Part shown: positions 8,201 through 16,670 of the stretch, in pieces
How positions within the stretch are numbered: position 1 is the stretch's first letter
Layout: every line of letters starts with the position of its first letter
Source: a virus
Taxonomy: Duplodnaviria > Caudoviricetes
DNA length: 33,858 nt
Virus record (IMG/VR): IMGVR_UViG_3300041584_000118
Location: 1-33,858 of that record
Direction: 5' to 3' (one strand)
Translations under genes and position numbers: made by a program
The notes under the pieces: generated by a model
Database searches by the model: none
Seen by the model: only the letters and a program-made list of their open reading frames with translations
What the model was told of the DNA's origin: nothing

Positions 8201-11200
8201 TTAGAGGTTAGATTTGGACGCACTGGCACTGGATGCCGCCATGGCTCCCTGAATATCGTGCAGGCTTGGCCCGGTGGGCTTGTTGCGGATATCGTTCAGG
8301 ATACCATTGGTAGTATCGAGTTTGCTGCTCATGCCGTTGATGGCGGCGGCGGCATCGGCGGTATTCTTGGCGATACGCTTCATCAGGTCCTGGCTTTCCT
8401 GGATCTGGGCGTTGGTGGTGGCGGTAGTGCCCGCGGCATCGCCGCCTTCGTAGCCTGAGGCATCGTAGGAATATTCTTCATAGCCACTTCCGCCATCGTC
8501 AGAATAGCCATCATATTGGTTGGCTTGCATATCTGCCTCATAGGCGGCTTTCTTTCTCTTGCGGGAGCCAAAGAGGTACATTTCACCGAATGCCGGAGCT
8601 TCTACGGGGGAGTCGGCGTACATACCGCCATCGCGGTACATGATGGGCGCGCCGTTGCGGTGCAGCGAGCTGTGCAGGAGCTTGTCTACCACGGGGCGAT
8701 TGTTGCGGTAGGTGGCCCGGCTCAGGATCATAATCGGCTCTCCGCCTTCCATTTCGCCCCGCTCTTCGCCGGTTTCGCGGTCTACGAGCTTGATGCCCGA
8801 CTTGCCGTAGGCGCTGCCGTGCCTTGGCCCAGCGGGCACGCCCGCATTGCGTACGTAGCCGGCCGATTTGGCGGGGAGCGTACCCCCACCGGCGAAGCTC
8901 GGCGGCTTCTGCTTTTTGATCACGGCTATTTGGAATGCGGTAGTGACGGCCGATGCCGCCACGCCGATAAGGCCCAAGGGCATACCCAAGATGGCGATCG
9001 ATTTCATCGCCGCCGAAGCGCCATTAATGATGGCCATACCGATCTGCATGGCTTGGTCGCGCCGCCAGGCTTTTAGTTTTTCGTAGTGCTCGCGGTCGCG
9101 GGCTTCGGCGTTGATGCGGGCTACCTGCTCTTCGTATTCGTCTTTCGAAACCTTACCGGCCTCGTACTGATCCGTCCAGGATTTGAGTTGGCTATTTTTC
9201 TCGTTCTCAATTTTTTTCAGCTTGCTTTCGAGATACACCTCGTTCAGCTTCTGCATCCCCAACACTACCTGCCCGGCTATTTCCAGGGTCTCCACGCCCT
9301 TGGCGGCGAAGCTCTTCAATCGGCTATCGTTGGCGGCTTGGTCGTTGGTGACCTTGGCCAGCAGTAGATTAGTGAAGGTAGCGAAATCGCCACGGGCCAG
9401 GCCTTCTACGGCCGTAAAAAACTGATTGGTATTGGTGAGGCGGTTTTGGTGTTGCTCGGCCAATAGCCGGCTTTTGTCGGCTTGGAGGTTGGCGTCGTTG
9501 GTGCGGAGCTGGGCCGTGAGGGTGTCATCAATGGCCTTCAAGGCGGCAGCCCGGGCGTTGGTGTCCTGAATACTTTCGGCCAAACGAGCCTTTTCGTCGG
9601 CGGCTTCCATCTGCAATTTGCGCTGGCGGAAGGCGTACTCCTGCGAAAGCGAATTGAGCTTCACCTGCAACTGGGCGTTGGAGCCGTCGCGGGTGTTGGC
9701 TAGTTCGGCTTCGGTTTTGGCCGAAAATGCCCGGAACTCAGCATCAAAGAGCGTCTTTTCTTCTTTCAGCTTGGCGTCGCGGGCGGCTTTTTCTTTGGCG
9801 GCGGTTTCCAGCCGGTACTTATCTTTCACGGCGGCAATTTCCGCTTCGGTGCGGGCATTGATAGCCGCCTCCATACGAGCGAGGGCGTCTTTCTCGGTCA
9901 GGAGCTTACGAGCTTCGAGTAGGTCTTTGGCGGCTCCGGCCACAATGGCGGCAATTTTGCGGCTCAGGTCGTCGGCTTCGTACTTGGCTTTCAGAGCGTC
10001 GGTTTTCTGGGCGGTGTCCTGGTCGGCTTTTTTCTTTTTGTCGCGGGCATCGTCGTTGATCTTCTCGATCTTGGTGGTATGTTCCTTTTCCAGAGCTTCC
10101 AGCCATTTGGCCTTGTTGCCCGCGTCGGCCTTCGATTTCTCGACCCGTTTTTTCTCCTCCGCGTATTTGGCGTTCTCGTTGGCGACGGCCCGCAGCAGGT
10201 CATCTTTAATGCTGTCGATCCGCATTTTCTCAATAGCCTTGCTGGCGTCGGAGTTGGCTTTCAGGCGCTCTTCGGCTTCCTTTTTTGCGGCTTCCTTGTT
10301 CTTGTCGGCTTCGGCTTTGCGGCGGTCTTGCTCGGCTTTTTCCTTTTTGTCGCGGGCGTCGTTTTCTGCTTTGGCCTTATCGGTAAGCGTTTTTTTGTTG
10401 GCGGCAGCGTTGTCGGCCGAGATCTGATCCACGGTCTTTTTCTCGGATTTGCCGCGTTCGTCCAGGTGTTTCTGGTTGGCGGTTTGCTGTTGGTTCAGGC
10501 TTTTGGCGTGCTCGCCGCCTAGCATCCCGAAGAATGATCCCACAGAAGACGCCAGTTTTTTGATGTTGGCCCATACGCCATCAACGACGGTACGCACGCC
10601 TTCAAAATTATTGTAGAGCGTCACCAACAACCCCACCAACAGCGAAACGCCGGCCACGATCAGGCCAATGGGGTTGGCGGTCATGGCGGCATTGAGGAAC
10701 AACTGGGCGGCGGCGGCTGATTTGGTCCAGATGATCCGGCCTTTTTCGACGGCAGCGTGGGCTAGTGAGGATGCAGTGTAGGCTAGTGAGGATGCAGTGG
10801 CGGCAATGTTGGCGGTATTGAGGCTTACGATAGCCACCCCCAGGGCGATGAAAGCCTCTTTGTTTTCAGCAATAAAATCGGGAACAGCCCGGATGGTGTT
10901 GATGAAGGCAATAATGCCTGTAACCACGTTGGTAACGATCGGCATCAGGATCTCACCCAACTGGAATGACAAGGCTTCTACGGCCTTGTCTAACTTCGCC
11001 AGTCGGGCGGCGGCGTTTTCGTTTTTGATGTTGAACTCGTCGGTAGTCGACTTAGCGGCTTCCAAGGCCGCAGAGGTCAACAGCTGCTTTTCTCGCACAA
11101 AGTCGGTCTCCTCGGCAAGCAACGACATGACCTTTTTGGCCTCCTGCGAGGAGATGCCTAGGTCATCCATCTGGCTAACGACCTGGTCGGTGGGTAAGCC

Positions 11201-12349
11201 CTTGAAGCTCTCGGCCAGTTTCATCACAACCTCGTTGGGATCGGAGTTGATAAGGTCTTTGAACGCCTGGTTGGTCATGCCGAGGTGCGTGGCAAAATCA
11301 TCGGTATTGGCTGCCGCCGTGAGCAGGATATTGGACAGGCCGCCGCTGGCGATTTCGGCGGTGAGGCCAAGTTCTTCGAAGGCCGCACCGAGGCCCATGG
11401 TCTGGGCGATTTGGGGCGAGAGGTTGCCGAGCTGACCCATGCGCTGCGCGAAATCGGCGATGACCGGACCCGTGGCGGATCCTGAGGCGCCCAGCTCGTT
11501 GATGGCCGAACCAATGCGCAGGATGGCTTCCCCTGCATCCATGTCCTTCGTCTCTTTGAAGAGGTTTTTGAGTACGCCCAGCTCTTTGGCTACCTCCTCC
11601 GCGCCGCCGCTGAACTCGTCGCCCAGGGCCACCACGGCCTTGTCCACCGCTTCCACGAAGCCGAACATTTCCTCCTTGGCGATGCCGATCTGGCCGCCTA
11701 TTTTGGAGATATTGAGCAGTTCGAGCTGGGAGGTGCGCGTATTGATGCCCTGCAACTGGGTGTTGAGCTCGCGCACCTCGTCGGCGGTCATCCCGGTGGT
11801 TTTCTGGATGTCGGCAAAGGAGTCGGAGTACTCCGCCGCCACGCGGATAGCCTGCTTGCCAAATTCAAAGACCGCCTGAGCGGCCTGCTTGATGACATCG
11901 TAGGCGAAAGCCTCCGTGAACGTGCCCTTGAAGGTTTCCCAGAAGCCCTTCTGGACCACGCCTTCGTCCTTGATTTTCTTCATCTCCTCCCGCACGTCGC
12001 TCATGCGCCCTTCTACCTGGGCTATTTCTTTGAGCTTGTCGATCCACTCTTCGGAGCCTATTTTGAGGTTGGCGAGGTCGCGGCTGAGTTGGCGGTTGAG
12101 ATTGGAGAGTTCACGAAACGACGCGTTGTTGATATCGAGGGCGGCGTTGAGCCCTTTGATCTCGGTTTTGGTGTCGGCCTGGATCTTTTTGAGTTCTTTC
12201 CAGGCTTCCGAGCCTTTTTCGCCGTTGAGATCCATAAGCCGTAGCTCAGAGTTGACGGATTTCAGGCCACCTTCGAGGCTTTGGATTGTTTTTTCGGCTT
12301 CGTCGCCCAGGATTACGAGCCTGAGCTTGGCTACTTCTTCGATATTCAT
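8201..12349 (-). CDS. Phage tail tape measure protein
   Basis: 1382 aa, Ala/Lys-rich helical; TP901-like core (FADIQKTTGMT...), AMTANPIGLIVA motif, coiled coils. Confidence 0.92.
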   Translation of the reverse strand: MNIEEVAKLRLVILGDEAEKTIQSLEGGLKSVNSELRLMDLNGEKGSEAWKELKKIQADTKTEIKGLNAALDINNASFRELSNLNRQLSRDLANLKIGSEEWIDKLKEIAQVEGRMSDVREEMKKIKDEGVVQKGFWETFKGTFTEAFAYDVIKQAAQAVFEFGKQAIRVAAEYSDSFADIQKTTGMTADEVRELNTQLQGINTRTSQLELLNISKIGGQIGIAKEEMFGFVEAVDKAVVALGDEFSGGAEEVAKELGVLKNLFKETKDMDAGEAILRIGSAINELGASGSATGPVIADFAQRMGQLGNLSPQIAQTMGLGAAFEELGLTAEIASGGLSNILLTAAANTDDFATHLGMTNQAFKDLINSDPNEVVMKLAESFKGLPTDQVVSQMDDLGISSQEAKKVMSLLAEETDFVREKQLLTSAALEAAKSTTDEFNIKNENAAARLAKLDKAVEALSFQLGEILMPIVTNVVTGIIAFINTIRAVPDFIAENKEAFIALGVAIVSLNTANIAATASSLAYTASSLAHAAVEKGRIIWTKSAAAAQLFLNAAMTANPIGLIVAGVSLLVGLLVTLYNNFEGVRTVVDGVWANIKKLASSVGSFFGMLGGEHAKSLNQQQTANQKHLDERGKSEKKTVDQISADNAAANKKTLTDKAKAENDARDKKEKAEQDRRKAEADKNKEAAKKEAEERLKANSDASKAIEKMRIDSIKDDLLRAVANENAKYAEEKKRVEKSKADAGNKAKWLEALEKEHTTKIEKINDDARDKKKKADQDTAQKTDALKAKYEADDLSRKIAAIVAGAAKDLLEARKLLTEKDALARMEAAINARTEAEIAAVKDKYRLETAAKEKAARDAKLKEEKTLFDAEFRAFSAKTEAELANTRDGSNAQLQVKLNSLSQEYAFRQRKLQMEAADEKARLAESIQDTNARAAALKAIDDTLTAQLRTNDANLQADKSRLLAEQHQNRLTNTNQFFTAVEGLARGDFATFTNLLLAKVTNDQAANDSRLKSFAAKGVETLEIAGQVVLGMQKLNEVYLESKLKKIENEKNSQLKSWTDQYEAGKVSKDEYEEQVARINAEARDREHYEKLKAWRRDQAMQIGMAIINGASAAMKSIAILGMPLGLIGVAASAVTTAFQIAVIKKQKPPSFAGGGTLPAKSAGYVRNAGVPAGPRHGSAYGKSGIKLVDRETGEERGEMEGGEPIMILSRATYRNNRPVVDKLLHSSLHRNGAPIMYRDGGMYADSPVEAPAFGEMYLFGSRKRKKAAYEADMQANQYDGYSDDGGSGYEEYSYDASGYEGGDAAGTTATTNAQIQESQDLMKRIAKNTADAAAAINGMSSKLDTTNGILNDIRNKPTGPSLHDIQGAMAASSASASKSNL

Positions 12350-12374
12350 GCAATGGGTAGCATTAGTTACGCTA

Positions 12375-12410
12375 CGAAATTGCAGAGGGGGCGGCTGGGA
12401 TCACAGGACA
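12375..12410 (-). promoter_or_regulatory. Candidate phage late promoter (TGTCCT-N22-CAATTTCG) for the tape measure gene
   Basis: Same motif and spacing found at four gene-module starts. Confidence 0.55.
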
Positions 12411-12445
12411 AAAAAAAGCCCGGACGCGGGGTCCGGGCTTTTTTT
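12410..12445. terminator. Bidirectional intrinsic terminator ending the CRISPR transcript
   Basis: AAAAAAAAGCCCGGAC-GCGGG-GTCCGGGCTTTTTTT. Confidence 0.85.
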
Positions 12446-12480
12446 GTCGGTGGGTCAGTGGGGACACTGGCCACGGTGTA

Positions 12481-12917
12481 GTTTCGAAGGATATGTACAG
12501 GAATAGTCGTTTTGTTCGAGTGCATCTATTTCTTCAAGATGGTTTCGAAGTTTACCAGAAAAAAAGGGTAAATAATATAGATAGAAAGTTCGAGTGCATC
12601 TATTTCTTCAAGATGGTTTCGAAGATTTCGTTTGTTGACTTCTTCAATTTCATCTTTTGTGTTCGAGTGCATCTATTTCTTCAAGATGGTTTCGAAGAAA
12701 GAGTATTCCAGCCGTTCGGCGGGGTGCGTATAGGTTCGAGTGCATCTATTTCTTCAAGATGGTTTCGAAGGAAACCCTGGACCGCAGATTATTGGAATCA
12801 CTGGACAGTTCGAGTGCATCTATTTCTTCAAGATGGTTTCGAAGGCACTCCCACGGCTACCAGCCGGCATATCAGACGGGGTTCGAGTGCATCTATTTCT
12901 TCAAGATGGTTTCGAAG
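12481..12917 (-). CRISPR. CRISPR array B: 6 full 37-bp repeats, 5 spacers of 36-37 bp, plus a 24-bp spacer and a 9-bp terminal repeat remnant
   Basis: Repeat on + is GTTCGAGTGCATCTATTTCTTCAAGATGGTTTCGAAG, starting at 12514, 12588, 12661, 12734, 12808, 12881; remnant gtttcgaag at 12481-12489. Confidence 0.97.
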
Positions 12918-13068
12918 GGCAGCCAATTCCGTTTAACCGCAGATTCTGCCATTTCCATAGCCCTATTCCGTTTCAAAACCATCATGTCAAAGAAAATAAA
13001 AATGCTTCGCGAGTGGCGTTAACCCTCACGCTAAGGCTGCCGAACCAGCCCGAAATGTTGTCAGTGGA
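12918..13068 (-). ncRNA. Second copy of the putative tracrRNA/leader
   Basis: Matches 14134-14284 with 2 substitutions, both outside the anti-repeat. Confidence 0.75.
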
Positions 13069-13251
13069 TCACTCCACTATAAGTTCAATGCCGAATTTAC
13101 GACATTTATAGGCGATTTTTTCTTTCAGGCCATAATACCCCCAGTTTCGCAGCAGAAAAGGCTCGCCCTGCTCAAACTCCTCCTTGGCCTCCTCCTGCTT
13201 GGCGGTCTGCTTTTTCAGCACCAGCTGCGCGCACTTGTGCTTCACGCAGTG
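13069..13251 (-). pseudogene. Duplicated 3' fragment (about 60 codons) of the cas12f-like gene
   Basis: Matches 14285-14467 with 2 substitutions; fused to a half repeat at 13251-13263. Confidence 0.9.
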
Positions 13252-14133
13252 ATGGTTTCGAAGTCCCGTGTCAATACCAAGTTGACGAACAGTTCGAGTG
13301 CATCTATTTCTTTAAGATGGTTTCGAAGTACAAAGGGAATTCCACCTTCTAGTCTTTCATTCTAGTTCGAGTGCATCTATTTCTTCAAGATGGTTTCGAA
13401 GAAAAAGGGCAAGTACTTTCCCACTCCAAAGGAAAAGAGTTCGAGTGCATCTATTTCTTCAAGATGGTTTCGAAGGTCAAAGGCAAGAAAGAACTGCTTA
13501 TCTCAGAAGCTGTTCGAGTGCATCTATTTCTTCAAGATGGTTTCGAAGCTGGCTTGTTTTCCTAGTTTAATGAGGGTGTCTAGCAGTTCGAGTGCATCTA
13601 TTTCTTCAAGATGGTTTCGAAGACGAACAGGTAGAGGTTTCGCGGGTCGTGGGTTTCGGTTCGAGTGCATCTATTTCTTCAAGATGGTTTCGAAGAGAGG
13701 AAGATTACCGACATGGCCCGTAAGTCCAGAAGTTCGAGTGCATCTATTTCTTCAAGATGGTTTCGAAGTACAAAGGGAATTCCACCTTCTAGTCTTTCAT
13801 TCTAGTTCGAGTGCATCTATTTCTTCAAGATGGTTTCGAAGATAAAAAGTTTCCTACAAAAGGACTGGACAATATAAGTTCGAGTGCATCTATTTCTTCA
13901 AGATGGTTTCGAAGAGCTCTTTGGGTCGAGTATATACCAAGATTTTCCGAGTTCGAGTGCATCTATTTCTTCAAGATGGTTTCGAAGCTATACGGCCAAA
14001 GCTATACAAGAGTTGCTAAAAGAGTTCGAGTGCATCTATTTCTTCAAGATGGTTTCGAAGAGGCTTGAAACTACAGAAATTCGTGGATGCGGGCAGGTTC
14101 GAGTGCATCTATTTCTTCAAGATGGTTTCGAAG
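13251..14133 (-). CRISPR. CRISPR array A: 12 full repeats plus 1 partial, 12 spacers (11 of 36-37 bp, one of 28 bp)
   Basis: Repeats start at 13292 (1 mismatch), 13365, 13439, 13512, 13586, 13659, 13732, 13805, 13878, 13951, 14024, 14097; partial at 13251-13263. Confidence 0.97.
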
Positions 14134-14284
14134 GGCAGCCAATTCCGTTTAACCGCAGATTCTGCCATTTCCCTAGCCCAATTCCGTTTCAAAACCATCA
14201 TGTCAAAGAAAATAAAAATGCTTCGCGAGTGGCGTTAACCCTCACGCTAAGGCTGCCGAACCAGCCCGAAATGTTGTCAGTGGA
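14134..14284 (-). ncRNA. Putative tracrRNA plus short leader
   Basis: Anti-repeat at about 14188-14221 pairs with the 5' 29 nt of the minus-strand repeat using G-U wobbles and small bulges; hairpin 14251-14266 has loop GUUCGG complementary to the repeat 3' end CGAAC. Confidence 0.8.
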
Positions 14285-15388
14285 TCACTCCACTATAAGT
14301 TCAATGCCGAATTTACGACATTTATAGGCGATTTTTTCTTTCAGGCCATAATACCCCCAGTTTCGCAGCAGAAAAGGCTCCCCCTGCTCAAACTCCGCCT
14401 TGGCCTCCTCCTGCTTGGCGGTCTGCTTTTTCAGCACCAGCTGCGCGCACTTGTGCTTCACGCAGTGGTCGACGAGCATTGAGGAGTACTGGTGGGCCTT
14501 GGTGGTGACGTAGTTTTTTTCCTTTTCGTGGAACCGATCCAGCGCCGCCAGCTTCTTTGTTCGGCCCTTGCCGCCTTCGTTGTAGCGGCTGGCCGCTTGC
14601 AGCCGCTGCAAAGCCCGCTGAATCTGGACGCGGCGGTGCAGGTACTCCTCCGCCGTGCCAATCATCAGGGTTTTCTTGCCAATGTTGGCAATGATGGGGT
14701 AGTCGGCCGACAGCTCCGCCGCGCACACCTTGCCCTCGAGCAGCTTCACGGGCGTAGGGGGCAGCTTGAACACCGCCAGCAGGAATATCTTGCCTTTTTT
14801 GAGCTGGATGCTGCTATCGCACAGCTTGTACTCGCCCGCCAGGGCGGAGTCCAGGATCACCTCGTTGCCGCTCAGGTCGCGGCCAAAATAGGTCTTGAAG
14901 CTCAGGTCGAACAGCTCAAACGTATAGTTGCCATCGTCGCCCTTTTTCCAGGTTCGGAACGATGCCGAGGGCATCGGCATCGGGATGGTGTCGCGGTAAG
15001 TTCGCAGGGACCGCTTCCCCATCCTGACCTCCTGTAACTCCTGCTTCACGGTGCCGCTCACTACTGTGTTGAGGGCGGAGAGCATGGCCATGGGAGCCTC
15101 GCCCTTGAAGGCGCGAGAGAGCACCTGGTAAGTGGTGTTCTGGCGGCTGGTGGTCAGGATGCCGTCTTCGTCTTTGTGAACATCGGCCAGCTTGACCTTT
15201 TCTTCGTTCACAATATAGTGGATGCTCTGGATTTCGGACTGGATATACTGGTGGGTGGCCACCCAGTTGGCGGCCTTGTGGCATATCCGCTGCCACTCGT
15301 ATATTTTCTTGTATTTCTCCTTCAACTCGGCCTTATCGGCCACGTCGAAGTTGAGTTGTATTTTGCGGGTTATTACGATGTCTTTCAT
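14285..15388 (-). CDS. cas12f: Cas12f-like (type V-F/TnpB superfamily) effector, predicted nuclease-dead
   Basis: Colinear by eye with Cas12f1 motifs (G.RSL.TY..IP, IL...L.GEYK, GG.GR.KK, H.YS..LVD, FL.NW.YY.L..KI.YK...GI); RuvC-I GIDLG reads AAELS (E225), RuvC-II Glu reads K320, ends before the zinc ribbon and RuvC-III; adjacent to tracrRNA and array. Confidence 0.88.
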   Translation of the reverse strand: MKDIVITRKIQLNFDVADKAELKEKYKKIYEWQRICHKAANWVATHQYIQSEIQSIHYIVNEEKVKLADVHKDEDGILTTSRQNTTYQVLSRAFKGEAPMAMLSALNTVVSGTVKQELQEVRMGKRSLRTYRDTIPMPMPSASFRTWKKGDDGNYTFELFDLSFKTYFGRDLSGNEVILDSALAGEYKLCDSSIQLKKGKIFLLAVFKLPPTPVKLLEGKVCAAELSADYPIIANIGKKTLMIGTAEEYLHRRVQIQRALQRLQAASRYNEGGKGRTKKLAALDRFHEKEKNYVTTKAHQYSSMLVDHCVKHKCAQLVLKKQTAKQEEAKAEFEQGEPFLLRNWGYYGLKEKIAYKCRKFGIELIVE

Positions 15389-15391
15389 AAT

Positions 15392-15907
15392 TCAGGAAGT
15401 GTATTCTTTTAGGAACTCGTCTAGCCCATTTTCTCGTCCATTTATTTCCTCCCAAAAAATCCGGAGTTCCAGCAGCACGAACTCTGCCTGGGCCAACGTA
15501 AGCCGGTTCAGCTTGCCCAAAAGCTCAGCCGAGTCGTAGCCGTGCCGGGTGCCGCTGCCATCAAGGTCACCGGCCTCCTTTATTTCGGCGTATAGCATCT
15601 CCCTGGCCGGAATGCCCATGCCGCGCACGAGTGTTCCGTTGAAGGCGTCGAGCAGGCCGACCCATTCCTGGGTGCTGAAGCTGCCCTTAATCTCGCGGCG
15701 GAGCGTAAGCCGCCGGGCTTTCAGCATGGCCTCCACCATTTCGTCGAGCAGGTCGGTACTGGTGATTCCCGTTTCGTGCCGCAGGCGGGTAAGGATTTCG
15801 GCGGCGGCGCTGATGGTGGCCTGCTTGCCCACGTCGGGGAAAGCTTGGTACAGGTTTTCGAGCGCCACAGGCTCTACGTAAGCCTGGATTCCTTTTTTTT
15901 GAACCAT
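15392..15907 (-). CDS. Hypothetical 171-aa helical protein directly upstream of cas12f
   Basis: Stop is 3 nt before the cas12f ATG; function not recognised. Confidence 0.8.
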   Translation of the reverse strand: MVQKKGIQAYVEPVALENLYQAFPDVGKQATISAAAEILTRLRHETGITSTDLLDEMVEAMLKARRLTLRREIKGSFSTQEWVGLLDAFNGTLVRGMGIPAREMLYAEIKEAGDLDGSGTRHGYDSAELLGKLNRLTLAQAEFVLLELRIFWEEINGRENGLDEFLKEYTS

Positions 15908-15924
15908 TTTTTTTTGGGGTGGGG

Positions 15925-15956
15925 TATGGCCCCGCCGATGTGGCGGGGCCGGGTTG
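15925..15956. repeat. 32-bp hairpin-containing direct repeat, copy 1
   Basis: TATGGCCCCGCCGATGTGGCGGGGCCGGGTTG, identical to 16247-16278. Confidence 0.9.
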
Positions 15957-16017
15957 GGGGTACGGGCATCTTGCCAGTTGATCAGGAAATCAATATTTCG
16001 TTAGTCATGTACGGGGC

Positions 16018-16203
16018 CTACCCACTAATTACACGATACCTGCCATCGTCAGACCAATGCTGAACGGTGTGGTGAACGCCGTCCGTATCGTAGCAGTAGC
16101 AAGACGACACCGCCGCCCCACTGTCCGATGTGAAATCACAAGACCAATCGGCGGAATCTATTGCCAACTGGGAAAAACAGAAACCTGAAATTATAATTGT
16201 CAT
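16018..16203 (-). CDS. Small Cys/Asp-rich hypothetical protein (61 aa, MTIIISGF...)
   Basis: ATG at 16203 lies between the two hairpin repeats; the longer ORF-track start would run through the repeat. Confidence 0.5.
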   Translation of the reverse strand: MTIIISGFCFSQLAIDSADWSCDFTSDSGAAVSSCYCYDTDGVHHTVQHWSDDGRYRVISG

Positions 16204-16246
16204 AAATAATTCCCCGACGTTTTGCCCCGTTCGGGAGGGATTGGGA

Positions 16247-16278
16247 TATGGCCCCGCCGATGTGGCGGGGCCGGGTTG
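16247..16278. repeat. 32-bp hairpin-containing direct repeat, copy 2
   Basis: Identical to 15925-15956. Confidence 0.9.
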
Positions 16279-16282
16279 TGGG

Positions 16283-16531
16283 TTAGTTTTCAAGAGCGAA
16301 CACCTGCTCTATGACCCTTTCGGGGTCCGAGCAACTTTCGTAAACGTCTTCATGATCCTCGTAGGACCAATAAACTCCCCCTTGGGAGTCCAATTCTATT
16401 TGGATTTTTTCGTCCATTTCAATTTCTTCAAAACTCCAACCAGACAGCGCGTCTAGTTGGCTGGCACTGTACACAAATACCGTTTTGTCATTTCCATTTA
16501 AAAGAAGTTGTAATTTTTTTTTCGTTGTCAT
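16283..16531 (-). CDS. Small acidic hypothetical protein (82 aa), first gene of the CRISPR cassette
   Basis: ATG ORF after an AT-rich promoter-like region; strongly Asp/Glu-rich. Confidence 0.7.
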   Translation of the reverse strand: MTTKKKLQLLLNGNDKTVFVYSASQLDALSGWSFEEIEMDEKIQIELDSQGGVYWSYEDHEDVYESCSDPERVIEQVFALEN

Positions 16532-16559
16532 GGTTTTTGCTTAGATGTTTGTGATTGCT

Positions 16560-16670
16560 ATGATGTAAAGGTAACGGATTTAGTTAGATATACAATACGT
16601 TATGCAATATATTTTACCATATTTTATAAAATATTATTTAACTACCTGATAATCAATAAAAATATTTTGC
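16560..16670 (-). promoter_or_regulatory. AT-rich promoter region for the cassette
   Basis: Minus strand TTG...TACCTTTA resembles the Bacteroidota -33/-7 (TAnnTTTG) promoter. Confidence 0.45.

Noticed and set aside
10760-10799. 21-bp-period tandem duplication in the tape measure gene (TASSLAY/TASSLAH)
   Set aside because: Real but ordinary tape measure length variation
8516-12506. Long + strand ORFs opposite the tape measure gene
   Set aside because: Antisense shadows of a GC-rich, low-complexity coding strand
13915-13950. Possible self-target near 20470-20510 (LWVEYI versus LWEYI peptides)
   Set aside because: Similarity is only at peptide level; the nucleotide match is poor
12551-14096. 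Strand bias of spacers inferred from plausible peptide translations
   Set aside because: 36-nt sequences often have an open frame by chance; real protospacer hits are needed
12514-14133. Array transcribed on the + strand as a type I/III decoy (GTT...GAAG)
   Set aside because: Degenerate repeats lie at the low-coordinate ends, and anti-repeat G-U wobbles and cas orientation favour the minus strand; not formally excluded
12493-14327. Several + strand ORFs with repeating VRVHLFLQDGFE / SSSASISSRWFR peptides
   Set aside because: Translations of the CRISPR repeats, not genes
14285-15388. IS200/IS605 TnpB transposon
   Set aside because: No tnpA or IS ends seen; tracrRNA and CRISPR array adjacency plus Cas12f-type motifs fit a CRISPR effector
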